From Lama guanicoe (taxonomy: Eukaryota): a stretch of DNA of 64,000 nucleotides. The notes beneath the pieces are model-generated. The model saw only the letters and a list, made by a program, of their open reading frames with translations. It was not told where the DNA came from and did not search any database. The stretch lies in assembly GCA_013239625.1 (NCBI GenBank), contig MU053810.1, positions 4,062,071-4,126,070 on the forward strand, written 5' to 3'. Both the position numbers and the translations under genes were made by a program. Of the stretch, positions 22,890 through 35,175 are shown piece by piece (within the stretch, counting starts at the first letter, position 1; every line of letters starts with the position of its first letter).

Positions 22890-24220
22890 GCTGATCCTTC
22901 TCCGAGTACGTGGGCAGCTGCCTGGCTCCTGAGCCCTTGCCGAGTGGGGTAGAAGCACCAGGGTACCCTGATGGGGGCGGTACCGACGATTCCTTCCCTG
23001 GCCCGCCAGTAGGACCAGTGGGGATGAGAACACTGCGCACTTTCGACAGTGTTCATCCTTTCATACTTTCTCCTTTGGAGGCACTTAATGATGAGTATGA
23101 ACTGCTTCCCACCACTACTTTTAAGGTCCCTTTAATTGGCTACTTTTTGTTATGAAGCCTTTCAAAGAGACTAGCTACGTATTCTTTTGCTCACAGCTGC
23201 ATATTAATGACACTTAGTTGGAATTTGAGGAAAGCAGCTTCAACTCCAATTTTCGTATGATTTGATAGTGGTTACAGAGTCATCTAAACTAAAGCTCCCA
23301 GTGTGGCATGAGTCCTCTGGCGGGGGTGGGGGGAGGCGCCGGCACAGAGTAACTCGCGCGCGTGCCCGGTATCGGCCATGTGGCTGCGGCGCGCGGCAGC
23401 CGCAGCTGGTGAAGGGGCCGAGCGCGGGGACTCACCCACGTGGGCACTCATGGCACGCGTGCTGCCGCCTCGACAGTCCAGCTCCTTACGGCTTGGTTTT
23501 CCCACAGACACTGCGGACTGTGACTGCTGCTAAGCCGAATAAGGCTGGAGGTCAACAATCCAGAGATGGCTCCTGATTATTAAAGGGTCAACCACGTCTT
23601 AATGCACACGCCCTGTGAACGGGGGTGGGGTGGGCCCGCAATCAACTGGGTTTCAGAGAAAGCAGCTTTCCCTTTCTCTAATTTAAATTAGCAAAAACAA
23701 ACAAAGCATTTGTTAAGGGGAGCTAAAGGGTTCTCCCTATATTCTAATTCTAAGCTTGGACCCTGAAATGTTGAATAAACAAGCAGCTCTTAATGACACT
23801 CCAGACTCGAGCTGCTGTTTGAATTTCTTTGCTGCCGTGTTCTATGCTTCCTTAACGGAGCTTTGACTTGGGTCGCACACCACGGAGCACTTGGACCCAA
23901 TAGCACAGAGCCTCACCCGAGCCTTGGGTGACTGCCATGAATTAGTAGCTTCTATGGCCCTAAATTAAGCTCCTCGATGTGTAATTATCCATCCCACGCA
24001 TTGAACCTAGCTCCAAGGTAAATGCTTCTGCAAGGCTAACGGCTGGCTGCAGCACGAACAATAAAGTACAAAAACCGGGCCCTCGTCCCTCCGCCTGCTT
24101 CTTGGCGCCGCCGCCGCCAGGCAGACCGCGGGGCCTTCCTGCTGCTGCTCCGACCCTGTTGGCTTCAGCGACTACACAAAGGTAAAGCGAGCCGGGGGAG
24201 TGGTGGCGGTGCTTTCCCCC
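22890..24220. promoter_or_regulatory. CpG-rich, repeat-free region (candidate promoter or enhancer)
   Basis: Dense CpG cores at 23320-23520 and 24075-24210 in a CpG-poor window. Palindromic E-box cccacgtggg at 23435-23444, a GT-box near 23621-23633 and a minus-strand splice donor at 23430-23435. Confidence 0.6.
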
Positions 24221-25392
24221 TTCTTTCATTTTTCTTTTCGAAATTTGAGGGAAAGGTGTCAAATTTGTTAAAAACAATGAAGTTGAATTAATGTAAAAAT
24301 TAGGAAACCACTCAATCGATAATTTACAATGTTACCAAAGGAATTAGCAGCTGAGCGAGTTATCTCCAAATGCAGATTGCTCACCAGATGATGAGACTAC
24401 CCTGAAAAGGTGGCTGCACTGAGTGATCAGAAGTGTCTGTTCCAAATCTTAGCAAGATGAGGTTTCAGGGATTCTGAATGCCTACCACCAGTTTGTGGCA
24501 GCTTCCCTATATAGTTGCAGCGGGGTTGCAGGCCAAGGCAGAAAAGACAACAGAGGCAGACAATTCACTTTGAAAAAGCAATGAAGCAAAATGGTCAAAA
24601 CACAGAAAAAGAGGGGTTCAAACTAATTAACAAGCCTAGAAGTGCAAATTAAAAAATCTGGTTTTGCCTACCAAATTTGCAGATACAAGAAAGAGTTAAC
24701 ACCCAGGATAGGCCGAGCGTATGGGGGCATTACCAGAGTCCAATAGACTGGCTTTGCCTCCTAGCTCTTCCTCTTACTAGCGAAGGGAAACTGTCATGCC
24801 ATTTATATTCTTGAAGACTATTTCAATCATCTCTAAAATGTAGATAATATTAGTAACCACCTCACAGGGTTTTTGAGGGAATTAGTGAAATAAAGTATTT
24901 AATACCTCATCTGGCACTTAGTAAATGCTCAATTAATATTAGAATAATAATCATTATCATAGGAAGCTAGACCCCTAGCACACTAAAGGGGGAGTATAAA
25001 TTGGTAAAGCCTTTAAGAATGAACGTCTGACATATATACAATGTAAAACCCATACAGCTTTAATGATGTGTATACATATGACTTAACCATTCTATTTCTA
25101 GAAATCTATTCTGAGGGAACAGGACACAATGATATGTTTACAAGGATATCTTTCATTTTTTTTATATGATAAAAATGGAAACAGTTAAAATATCTAAAAG
25201 TAAGGAAACAGTTAAAAATTACAGTTTGTCCACCTACTAACATTTCCTTCAGGTGTTACACAGCATATTTTTGAGAATGTTTCAAGACCGAGAAGCGTGG
25301 TACTGTGTGCAAATAATGGTTTTCAGTAGGCAGTGGGATTACCTGCTATTTTTATTTTTTACTAATACTTATTTGTACTTTTAAAGTTGTTT
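23919..25392 (+). repeat. Duplicated block copy A (matches 26690-28147); contains MIR and L1 relics at 24590-25390
   Basis: Direct comparison shows about 16 substitutions, one 17-nt indel and one poly-T length difference versus the post-gap copy. Confidence 0.95.
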
Positions 25393-25393
25393 A

Positions 25394-26019
25394 CTTTGCC
25401 TCCTAGCTCTTCCTCTTACTAGCGAAGGGAAACTGTCATGCCATTTATATTCTTGAAGACTATTTCAATCATCTCTAAAATGTAGATAATATTAGTAACC
25501 ACCTCACAGGGTTTTTGAGGGAATTAGTGAAATAAAGTATTTAATACCTCATCTGGCACTAAGTAAATGCTCAATTAATATTAGAATAATAATCATTATC
25601 ATAGGAAGCTAGACCCCTAGCACACTAAAGGGGGAGTATAAATTGGTAAAGCCTTTAAGAATGAACGTCTGACATATATACAATGTAAAACCCATACAGC
25701 TTTAATGATGTGTATACATATGACTTAACCATTCTATTTCTAGAAATCTATTCTGAGGGAACAGGACACAATGATATGTTTACAAGGATATCTTTCATTT
25801 TTTTTATATGATAAAAATGGAAACAGTTAAAATATCTAAAAGTAAGGAAACAGTTAAAAATTACAGTTTGTCCACCTACTAACATTTCCTTCAGGTGTTA
25901 CACAGCATATTTTTGAGAATGTTTCAAGACCGAGAAGCGTGGTACTGTGTGCAAATAATGGTTTTCAGTAGGCAGTGGGATTACCTGCTATTTTTATTTT
26001 TTACTAATACTTATTTGTA
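25394..26019 (+). repeat. Tandem re-copy of 24752-25377 (offset 642), ending at the gap
   Basis: Near-identical (one substitution seen) and carries the copy-A alleles. Confidence 0.95.
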
Positions 26020-26689
26020 NNNNNNNNNNNNNNNNNNNNNNNNNNNNNNNNNNNNNNNNNNNNNNNNNNNNNNNNNNNNNNNNNNNNNNNNNNNNNNNNN
26101 NNNNNNNNNNNNNNNNNNNNNNNNNNNNNNNNNNNNNNNNNNNNNNNNNNNNNNNNNNNNNNNNNNNNNNNNNNNNNNNNNNNNNNNNNNNNNNNNNNNN
26201 NNNNNNNNNNNNNNNNNNNNNNNNNNNNNNNNNNNNNNNNNNNNNNNNNNNNNNNNNNNNNNNNNNNNNNNNNNNNNNNNNNNNNNNNNNNNNNNNNNNN
26301 NNNNNNNNNNNNNNNNNNNNNNNNNNNNNNNNNNNNNNNNNNNNNNNNNNNNNNNNNNNNNNNNNNNNNNNNNNNNNNNNNNNNNNNNNNNNNNNNNNNN
26401 NNNNNNNNNNNNNNNNNNNNNNNNNNNNNNNNNNNNNNNNNNNNNNNNNNNNNNNNNNNNNNNNNNNNNNNNNNNNNNNNNNNNNNNNNNNNNNNNNNNN
26501 NNNNNNNNNNNNNNNNNNNNNNNNNNNNNNNNNNNNNNNNNNNNNNNNNNNNNNNNNNNNNNNNNNNNNNNNNNNNNNNNNNNNNNNNNNNNNNNNNNNN
26601 NNNNNNNNNNNNNNNNNNNNNNNNNNNNNNNNNNNNNNNNNNNNNNNNNNNNNNNNNNNNNNNNNNNNNNNNNNNNNNNNNNNNNNNNN
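26020..26689. other. Assembly gap (670 N)
   Basis: Run of n. Confidence 1.
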
Positions 26690-28147
26690 GAGCCTTGGGT
26701 GACTGCCATGAATTAGTAGCTTCTATGGCCCTAAATTAAGCTCCTCGATGTGTAATTATCCATCCCACGCATTAAACCTAGCTCCAAGGTAAATGCTTCT
26801 GCAAGGCTAACGGCTGGCTGCAGCACGAACAATAAAGTACAAAAACCGGGCCCTCCTCCCTCCACCTGCTTCTTGGCGCCGCCGCCGCCAGGCAGACCGC
26901 GGGGCCTTCCTGCTGCTGCTCCGACCCTGTTGGCTTCAGCGACTACACAAAAGTAAAGCGAGCCGCTTTCCCCCTTCTTTCATTTTTCTTTTCGAAATTT
27001 GAGGGAAAGGTGTCAAATTTGTTAAAAACAATGAAGTTGAATTAATGTAAAAATTAGGAAACCACTCAATCGATAATTTACAATGTTACCAAAGGAATTA
27101 GCAGCTGAGCGAGTTATCTCCAAATGCAGATTGCTCACCAGATGATGAGACTACCCTGAAAAGGTGGCTGCACTGAGCGATCAGAAGTGTCTGTTCCAAA
27201 TCTTAGCAAGGTGAGGTTTCAGGGATTCTGAATGCCTACCACCAGTTTGTGGCAGCTTCCCTATATAGTTGCAGCGGGGTTGCAGGCCAAGGCAGAAAAG
27301 ACAACAGAGACAGACAATTCACTTTGAAAAAGCAATGAAGCAAAATGGTCAAAACACAGAAAAAGAGGGGTTCAAACTAATTAACAAGCCTAGAAGTGCA
27401 AATTAAAAAATCTGGTTTTGCCTACCAAATTTGCAGATACAAGAAAGAGTTAACACCCAGGATAGGCCGAGCGTATGGGGGCATTACCAGAGTCCAATAG
27501 ACTGGCTTTGCCTCCTAGCTCTTCCTCTTACTAGCGAAGGGAAACTGTCATGCCATTTATATTCTTGAAGACTATTTCAATCATCTCTAAAATGTAGATA
27601 ATATTAGTAACCACCTCACAGGGTTTTTGAGGGAATTAGTGAAATAAAGTATTTAATACCTCATCTGGCACTTAGTAAATGCTCAATTAATATTAGAATA
27701 ATAATCATTATCATAGGAAGCTAGACCCCTAGCACACTAAAGGGGGAGTATAAATTGGTAAAGCCTTTAAGAATGAACGTCTGACATACATACAATGTAA
27801 AACCCATATAGCTTTAATGATGTGTATACATATGACTTAACCATTCTATTTCTAGAAATCTATTCTGAGGAAACAGGACACAATGATATGTTTACAAGGA
27901 TATCTTTCATTTTTTTTTATATGATAAAAATGGAAACAGTTAAAATACCTAAAAGTAAGGAAACAGTTAAAAATTACGGTTTGTCCACCTACTAACGTTT
28001 CCTTCAGGTGTTACACAGCATGTTTTTGAGAATGTTTCAAGACCGAGAAGCATGGTACTGTGTGCAAATAATGGTTTTCAGTAGGCAGTGGGGTTACCTG
28101 CTATTTTTATTTTTTACTAATACTTATTTGTACTTTTAAAGTTGTTT
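26690..28147 (+). repeat. Duplicated block copy B (matches 23919-25392)
   Basis: Begins exactly at the gap edge with gagccttgggtgactgccatg. Confidence 0.95.
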
Positions 28148-28612
28148 GAAGTCAGTCGGTATGTACTTTTTGGATATCTGCTGCAAATTAGGCATGATGG
28201 TAGGTGCCATGGACAAAACAGAGAATAAAGCAGACAGGACATTGCCCTCATGGGGCTTCTAGTCTCTCCACTGGAAAATGCACTTTTTTAAAAAATTGAA
28301 ATATAGTTAATTTACAATGTTGTGTCAATTTCTGGTGTACAGCATAGTGATTCAGTTATACATATATATACACAAACATATTCTTTTTAATTATAGGCCA
28401 TTACAAGGTACTGAATATTGTTCCCTGTGCAATACAGTAGGCCCTTGTTGTTTATCTATTTCATATATTATAGTTAGTATCTACAAATCTCAAACTCCCA
28501 ATTTATCCCTCCCCTCTCTCCTCTCCTGGTATCCATAAGTTTGTTTTCTGTCTGTGAGTCTGCTGTGTCTGTCTCTGTGTTGTAAATTAGTTCATTTGTG
28601 TCCTTTTTTAAA

Positions 28613-29313
28613 AAACAGGACACAATGATATGTTTACAAGGATATCTTTCATTTTTTTTTATATGATAAAAATGGAAACAGTTAAAATACCTAAAAGTAA
28701 GGAAACAGTTAAAAATTACGGTTTGTCCACCTACTAACGTTTCCTTCAGGTGTTACACAGCATGTTTTTGAGAATGTTTCAAGACCGAGAAGCATGGTAC
28801 TGTGTGCAAATAATGGTTTTCAGTAGGCAGTGGGGTTACCTGCTATTTTTATTTTTTACTAATACTTATTTGTACTTTTAAAGTTGTTTATAGTCAGTCG
28901 GTAAGTACTTTTTGGATATCTGCTGCAAATTAGGCATGATGGTAGGTGCCATGGACAAAACAGAGAATAAAGCAGACAGGACATTGCCCTCATGGGGCTT
29001 CTAGTCTCTCCACTGGAAAATGCACTTTTTTAAAAAATTGAAATATAGTTAATTTACAATGTTGTGTCAATTTCTGGTGTACAGCATAGTGATTCAGTTA
29101 TACATATATATACACAAACATATTCTTTTTAATTATAGGCCATTACAAGTTACTGAATATTGTTCCCTGTGCAATACAGTAGGCCCTTGTTGTTTATCTA
29201 TTTCATATATTATAGTTAGTATCTACAAATCTCAAACTCCCAATTTATCCCTCCCCTCTCTCCTCTCCTGGTATCCATAAGTTTGTTTTCTGTCTGTGAG
29301 TCTGCTGTGTCTG
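28613..29313 (+). repeat. Tandem re-copy of 27871-28571 (offset 742)
   Basis: Near-identical, giving twin ORFs at 28317 and 29059. Carries the copy-B alleles. Confidence 0.95.
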
Positions 29314-29314
29314 A

Positions 29315-29340
29315 TCTACCCCTGAACTATACCCTCCTGC
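29315..29340 (-). mobile_element. Isolated 5' head fragment of a Vic-1-like SINE
   Basis: tctacccctgaactataccctcc matches the SINE heads at 11777-11803 and 31980-32005. Followed by ttgtgtccttttttaa, which also occurs at 28596-28611. Confidence 0.6.
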
Positions 29341-29957
29341 CTTGTGTCCTTTTTTAATATTCCACATATAAATGATATCATATGGTATCTTTCTTTCTCT
29401 TTCTGGCTTACTTCACTTAGTTATGATGATCTCCGGGTCCATCCATGTTGCTGCAAATGGCATTATTTTATTTATTTATTAATTTTTTTGAGTAGCATTC
29501 CATTTTGTATGTGTATATATACACCCCAACTTCTTTATCCAATTGCCTGTCAGTGGACATTTAGGCTGCTTCCATGTCTTGGCTGTTGTAAATAGAGCTG
29601 TTGTGAACACTGGGGTGCATGTATCTTTTTGAATTAGAGTTTCCTCCATATACATGCCCATACATATTGCTGGATCATAGGTTAAGTCTATTCTTAGTTT
29701 TTTGAGGACTCTCCAGGCTATTTTCCGTAATGGTTGCACCAAACTACATTCCCACCAGCAGTGTAGGAGGGTTCCCTTTCCCCACACCCTCTCCAGCATT
29801 TATTGTTTGGACTTTTTAATGATGGCCGTTCTGACTGGTGTGAGGTGATACCTTATTGTAGTTTTGATGTGCATTTCTCTGATAGTTAGTGATATTGAGC
29901 AGAAAAGTATGTTATTTTTGTAATAAAGAAGACTATTAATAAAACAAAAGGGGGAAC

Positions 29958-30344
29958 TGTATGAGTGTGCTAGAGCTGCCATAACAAAGTGCCACCAATT
30001 GTGTGGCTTAAACAACAGGAATTTGCTTCCTTGCAGTCCTGGAGGCTAGAAATCCAAGATCAAGGTTTCATTCAGGGTTGGTTTCATTCTGAAGTCTCCC
30101 TTCGGCATGCAGGTGGCTGTCTTCTCTCTGTGTCTCTACATGGTCTTCCTCCTGCAATTATGTCCGAATTTCCTCTTCTTATAAGGATGTCAGTCACACT
30201 GGATTGGGGCCCATGCTAGCAGACTCATTTAACTTAATTACATTTTAAAGATCCTGTCTCCAAATAGTGGGATTCTGAGGTGCTGGAGGTAAGGGCTTCA
30301 ACATATGAATGGGGAAGTTTGGGGGGGGCATTCAGCCCATAACA
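29958..30344 (-). mobile_element. MaLR solo LTR (MLT1B/C-like)
   Basis: gctgccataacaaagtgccac...ggaggctagaaatccaagatcaagg...ttcagcccataaca. TG..CA ends; flanks ggaac / gaaac. Confidence 0.85.
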
Positions 30345-31877
30345 GAAACCATGTTACTATTTCTTGTCTGAGAGTTCTCCTTTTCACCTCAGTGGGGTAT
30401 CTTGACAAGCCCCTTGAGGAAGGCTAAAAATGTGTCTGAACTCTCCAAACATTTGTCCACTGGCTCCAGCATGGGCAGCTGTGGAAATTTCAGTTTGGGT
30501 GAAGGTGACCTTAGATTGATTTTCATAAGTCACCTCTGGAAATCAGTGACATTTAAGAGTTTTTCTGGCACTTCGAGTCTGCTCCTAAGTGAACTCTGGG
30601 ACACCTGTCTGGTCCAGGGTCCTTGCCTCAGCTCAGAGCTAAGCCTTCCAGGGAGGACTTCCCGAGGTAGAGGGCGGCGTCCTAGCATCTGACCAGATTC
30701 AGAGGCGTAGTCAGAAAATGAAATCTTCTGGGTGTGGCAGGGGCCGCCCAGGGAGAATGAGTCATTGATGAAGAGTGGTAGTCAGGATGGGCATATGGCT
30801 CTGTCAACTGGAAGCTTCTTTTATTATAGAAATCCAATTTACTTTCCTTAAATCACAGATCAAGGAAAGAGGAAATGGATGATTGTTCTCCACTGGAGAA
30901 TGAGTGAAGTTTAAGATTGATGCAGAAGGTGGAGGTGAAGCTAGAGGCGTCGGGTCCAGCCCCTTGTTTGAAAGGTTGGAAAGCTGGTCCTCCAAGGCTG
31001 CCTGGATTTGCCTTAGATTGCACATCTGACGAGCAGCTATGGCTGATCTCAAGTCCACAGATTGTGATCCTGGTTCAGTATAATTTCCCTGATACTCCAT
31101 GAGAGATGGAGGAAATATTGGATGTAGGAGTTAGGATTTGTGAGTTTCCACCACAGCTCAGCCTCTAAACATGGGTGCCCTGAATCCTCTCTCTGGTCTC
31201 CTGTTTTTTTTTACTTTCAAAATGAAAGTTGGGTAAAAGAGTTCTTTCTGTCACTAACATCCATCCCACAAGTCTTTCATGGGTGCCACTCATTCTGTAC
31301 TCAGGCGACAGAGTTGACAGGTGGGTGCAGATGTGTTTGACCGAGAATGGTTACATAATGGTGCTTGGCACACTAGCGAGAGGAGCAGTGAGTGGCCTCA
31401 CATCTCATCTAAAGATTTATTGAAGATTCAGAATTAGGAAGTTAAAAAAAAAAGACAAAATGTGGAAAATGAATAGTAAGACTTGCAATCTTATGTTTAT
31501 CTCCACATGCACGGAAAAGAGAGCTTCTAACCACTCCTCATCTTTTGATTGAATGCTAATACATTTTGCTTGCTTTCTTAGATTTCCCACAACAATGATT
31601 TTGACCTATTTTTATTAACAAGTGAAACAACTTCATTCCATTGTCTTCTCTTCTTGAAATGCTAAGCTGTGATTTTCAGGGCGCCAACTGTCAAGGGAGT
31701 GAAGAAAGTCACTTTCACTTTTCTGTTTGATTAGGCTATTATTATTATTATTTTGCTTTTCTTATTTCTTTCTCTTTCTCCCCCTTTTCTGTTCTCTTAA
31801 GTGTATGGTTAGGTTTGTTTTCAGAAGGTGTTATAACCTTAGCAAAATTTTCATTAGCGTTCCCCATGCATACTTTA

Positions 31878-32005
31878 TTGTTTTTTATTTTTATTTTTTG
31901 GGGGGTGTGATTAGGTTTATTTATTTTAAAGGAGGTATTGGGAATGGAACCCAGGACCTCGTTCATGCTACGTGCATGCTCTACCACTGAGCTACCCCCT
32001 CCCCG
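31878..32005 (-). mobile_element. tRNA-derived SINE (camelid Vic-1-like)
   Basis: Minus strand reads ggggagggggtagctcagtggtagagcatgcacgtagcatgaacgaggtcctgggttccattcccaatacc. Perfect 16-bp TSD ccccatgcatacttta at 31862-31877 / 32006-32021. Confidence 0.85.
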
Positions 32006-33569
32006 CCCCATGCATACTTTAATTAAAGGAAACTCATGTTTTGCTCAAGTCACCAGAGAAATGAAAGGAATAATCTAATGCTAAACATGCTTGTACTTTG
32101 CATTAATTTAACTGGACCTCCTTCTCCAATGTAAGGACAGAAATAAGGCCAACACCCACTCTCAGAAAAATTCCTAAGTAGCACAGTTCCAAGACTATTT
32201 CCAATTATCTCATGTTCTTTTTGGTTTTAAAGGATGAAACTCTACATGAGGAGTTGTACCTTCCTGTATGAACCAGAGCATTAATTGCTGATATTTTTAT
32301 GAGCTGCTCAAGAGAGTAGGTGAGGTATAATGCATATATCTCTGCAGGGTTCCCACATCAATTTCACAATTTTGCTCCTCGCTTACTTTCATTAGTCCTT
32401 TTACTAAGCTGATGCAGCTAATTTCATTCACCTTATAAAAATTGAATATAAAAATTGAAATTAAATATACATTGAAAATATATGGAAACATAATAAATTA
32501 TATTTTACATGTCAAACTATCTCTTATCATGCACAGTGATTATGGGAATAAATGTCCTTGGGATTTCCTGCTTCTTTTTTTTCCCACCAACAAGGTGGGG
32601 AAAACAACGAGAATGTCTATTTTCTTTTGATATGAACTCTCAGTTCTGTGGTCTTATATGCACCTAAAACCTTGCTGTAGAGTGTCAGATCCAAGAATCT
32701 GTATTTCTAGTGACCCTCATGTGGTCACTTTAAAACAAATTGCTTTGAAAAAAGTCTCTCATTTTTGTGTGCTTTTGGTCAGTGTGATTTAGAAATTACC
32801 CAGGTTAGTGAGGACATTTTTAATGTAACTCATTCCATGTGCCAAAGAATGAAATGTTACAAAAACTGCCTGCTTGTGTTCCTTGGCAAAGAATCCTGAG
32901 CAAACTGGGAACCCACTGAGGGCAGAAAAGAATTGACAGTTATAGGGAATGACCCCTGCCCCTGGTCTAACTCCTTCCGCCTTCTGTTGTGGCTTCCGGG
33001 GACTTGCTCCTGCAACCACTGGGTGCTGAACCTGAGAAGTAAAATAAGGGCCGTTAAAATATCCACAGAGCAAAGAGTGGATGGGACCCCATCCTGGTCA
33101 GTTCACAGTCTGTGCACACCATAATCCAAAGGCAATCCATTAATTCATAGTGAGAAATCACTGTTGCGGAGACCTGAAATGCTCAGAATCTGCATGTCAT
33201 TCTCCCTGTAAACTGACTTACATGGGTAGCCAAATAATAATTATAAAACTGCTACATAAGTATGCAATTAGAAAGTAGGGAGTTAATAGCATCCGGCTAG
33301 AAGAGCTGGATGTGTCCATTTCATAAAAGGGATGCTTTTCCTAATGGGATCACAAGATCTGAAGCCCATTAGCCAACACCCTTCATCCCTAGATGTGCTT
33401 GGATAGGCATTCTAGCATCCATCTCAGTGACTTGCCTTATTCTGTGCTTCCTAACTGACTGGCTCCTTTTAGTGATTGATACATTCTTTATTTAGACATG
33501 TCAATATATTTAATCAAATCATGGTGAAATTCATCCTGCCTCGGAGCCATTCTGTCTCTTTAAAATGAT

Positions 33570-33960
33570 GGTCATTCATTCATTAAATATTTATGGAGTG
33601 TTTCCTCTGTGCCAGGCCCCATGCCCTGCATCAGGCTTACAGCAGTAAGCAAGGTAAACCAGTTATGCAGCCTGGTGGTGGGGGAGGGGAAATAACAATT
33701 AAACAAGCAGCCACAGTAATATGTGATGTGTTACAGCACGAACAGAGCCATAGGTCACATCACCCCTAGTCTAGGGGGCTCAGGAGGGCTGCCAGGAGAA
33801 AATGATGCCAAATTTGAAACCTGAAGGATGGAGCTGGGAAAGGGAGAGATGAGAAAAGTGTTCCTGGTAAAGGGACGTTCTATGTGAAGGTCCAGAGGAG
33901 AGAGAGTTCAAACTACCCATAAGGCACTGAAATACTGTCATTTGGGCTAAGACGCAAGGT
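33570..33960 (-). mobile_element. L2 3' relic
   Basis: cattcattcattaaatatttatggagtg...tgtgccaggc; ...tttgaaacctgaaggatg. Confidence 0.65.
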
Positions 33961-35175
33961 GAGGATGATCATGACTAGTGTTCCTCTTGAAGGATCTCAC
34001 CTGTTCAGTAACGTGTGTCAGCAACAAAGGTGACTTCCTTTCTTCCGTCTTCCAAATCTCATTAAGAATTTCCCTGTGGCCCACCTTGGAGCATGGCTAT
34101 TAGAATCCAGATTGCCACCAATTTCTCCTCAATGCCTCTTTCTGAGGCCAGTTCTTGAAATCAAAGGACCTGGTGGCAAATTAATTCCTCATATTTCTAG
34201 GTCGCATCATCTGTCTTCTGCATCGTGGGGCTTCGTGCAAGTCTAGAAGTTCTGAGAGAAGCCAGAAACTTTGGGCATCTGTGGATAGGGAGGGTCTGGT
34301 GCGTCTAGAACAAGTGTTTGATTAGCACTTAGCAGTAGCAGGATGGGAGGCAGGCAGGTGTATCTGAGGGAATCTGAGATGTCTCATAAAATATCTGTTG
34401 GATAATCTCAATAAAATTTGACATAATAGGGCCTTTAAAGCCTGAGTGGAAAATGTTTTAAAACTGGACCAGAAGACTTTGAAAGGCTTATTTTTGTTGG
34501 GCAAAGAAACATATTTCCAACACTTGCCACCTGAGACTTACAGTTTTTACATGTTGACTCCAAAACGTTTTGTATGATGATATTCATGCAAAGTCAAGGT
34601 GGATTTCCTGAATGCATTATGCTGCTTCTGGCAAGAATTATTGAATGTTAAAGAATTTTATATATATATTTGTTAGATGTTTTTCATTCTATTTGAGAAA
34701 CAAAGCCATCCCGAGTAGAAAGATTTAGCAGTCAATCGTTTTAAACATGGTCCTGTGACAAAAGCAATGCTTGGGTCAGAATTAACAAAAACAAATTTGA
34801 AATATTTCCCTCTGCCTCCAGGCTTCATACATATACTCCCAGTCCTGTCTTTGCAGAAACAGAGTAAGAACAAATACGAGAGGTATTCTCTGCCATAAGG
34901 TACTTCAGAAAAGAGGGTTTGATGTCAAGACTATAAGCATATACAAATTTATTTCCTCTACCTGACTAGTTCCCTTTGGTTCTCGTCCTGAGTTACTACC
35001 TGTGACAGACGATGTTTACATAAATAAAGCACCCTGGGGGCTGAGGCGTAGGTGAGCTCAACGGTACCTTTCACTCCATCCTTGCTCTGCACCTGCGATA
35101 CCATGCACTTCCGTCTCACTTAAGAAATCTGATCAGAGTGCATGTGAGTCATGATATGGATAATGCGAAAGATGA

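Larger units (their letters stand above)
28285..29901 (-). mobile_element. 5'-truncated L1 (3'UTR plus ORF2 C-terminal remnant), partly duplicated
   Basis: Minus ORFs 29479-29799 ([14 protein letters not shown]...YDPAI...TWKQPKCP) and 29800-30015 ([26 protein letters not shown]) are L1 ORF2p C-terminal motifs. Confidence 0.9.

Noticed and set aside
25895..26716. Long ORFs of 273 aa and 232 aa
   Set aside because: They are translations through the N gap.
28317..29280. Twin 73-aa ORFs and similar ORFs at 2008 and 48364 as a small gene family
   Set aside because: They are antisense translations of the same L1 3'UTR.
29479..30015. Active reverse transcriptase gene
   Set aside because: Only a frameshifted L1 ORF2 C-terminal remnant is present.
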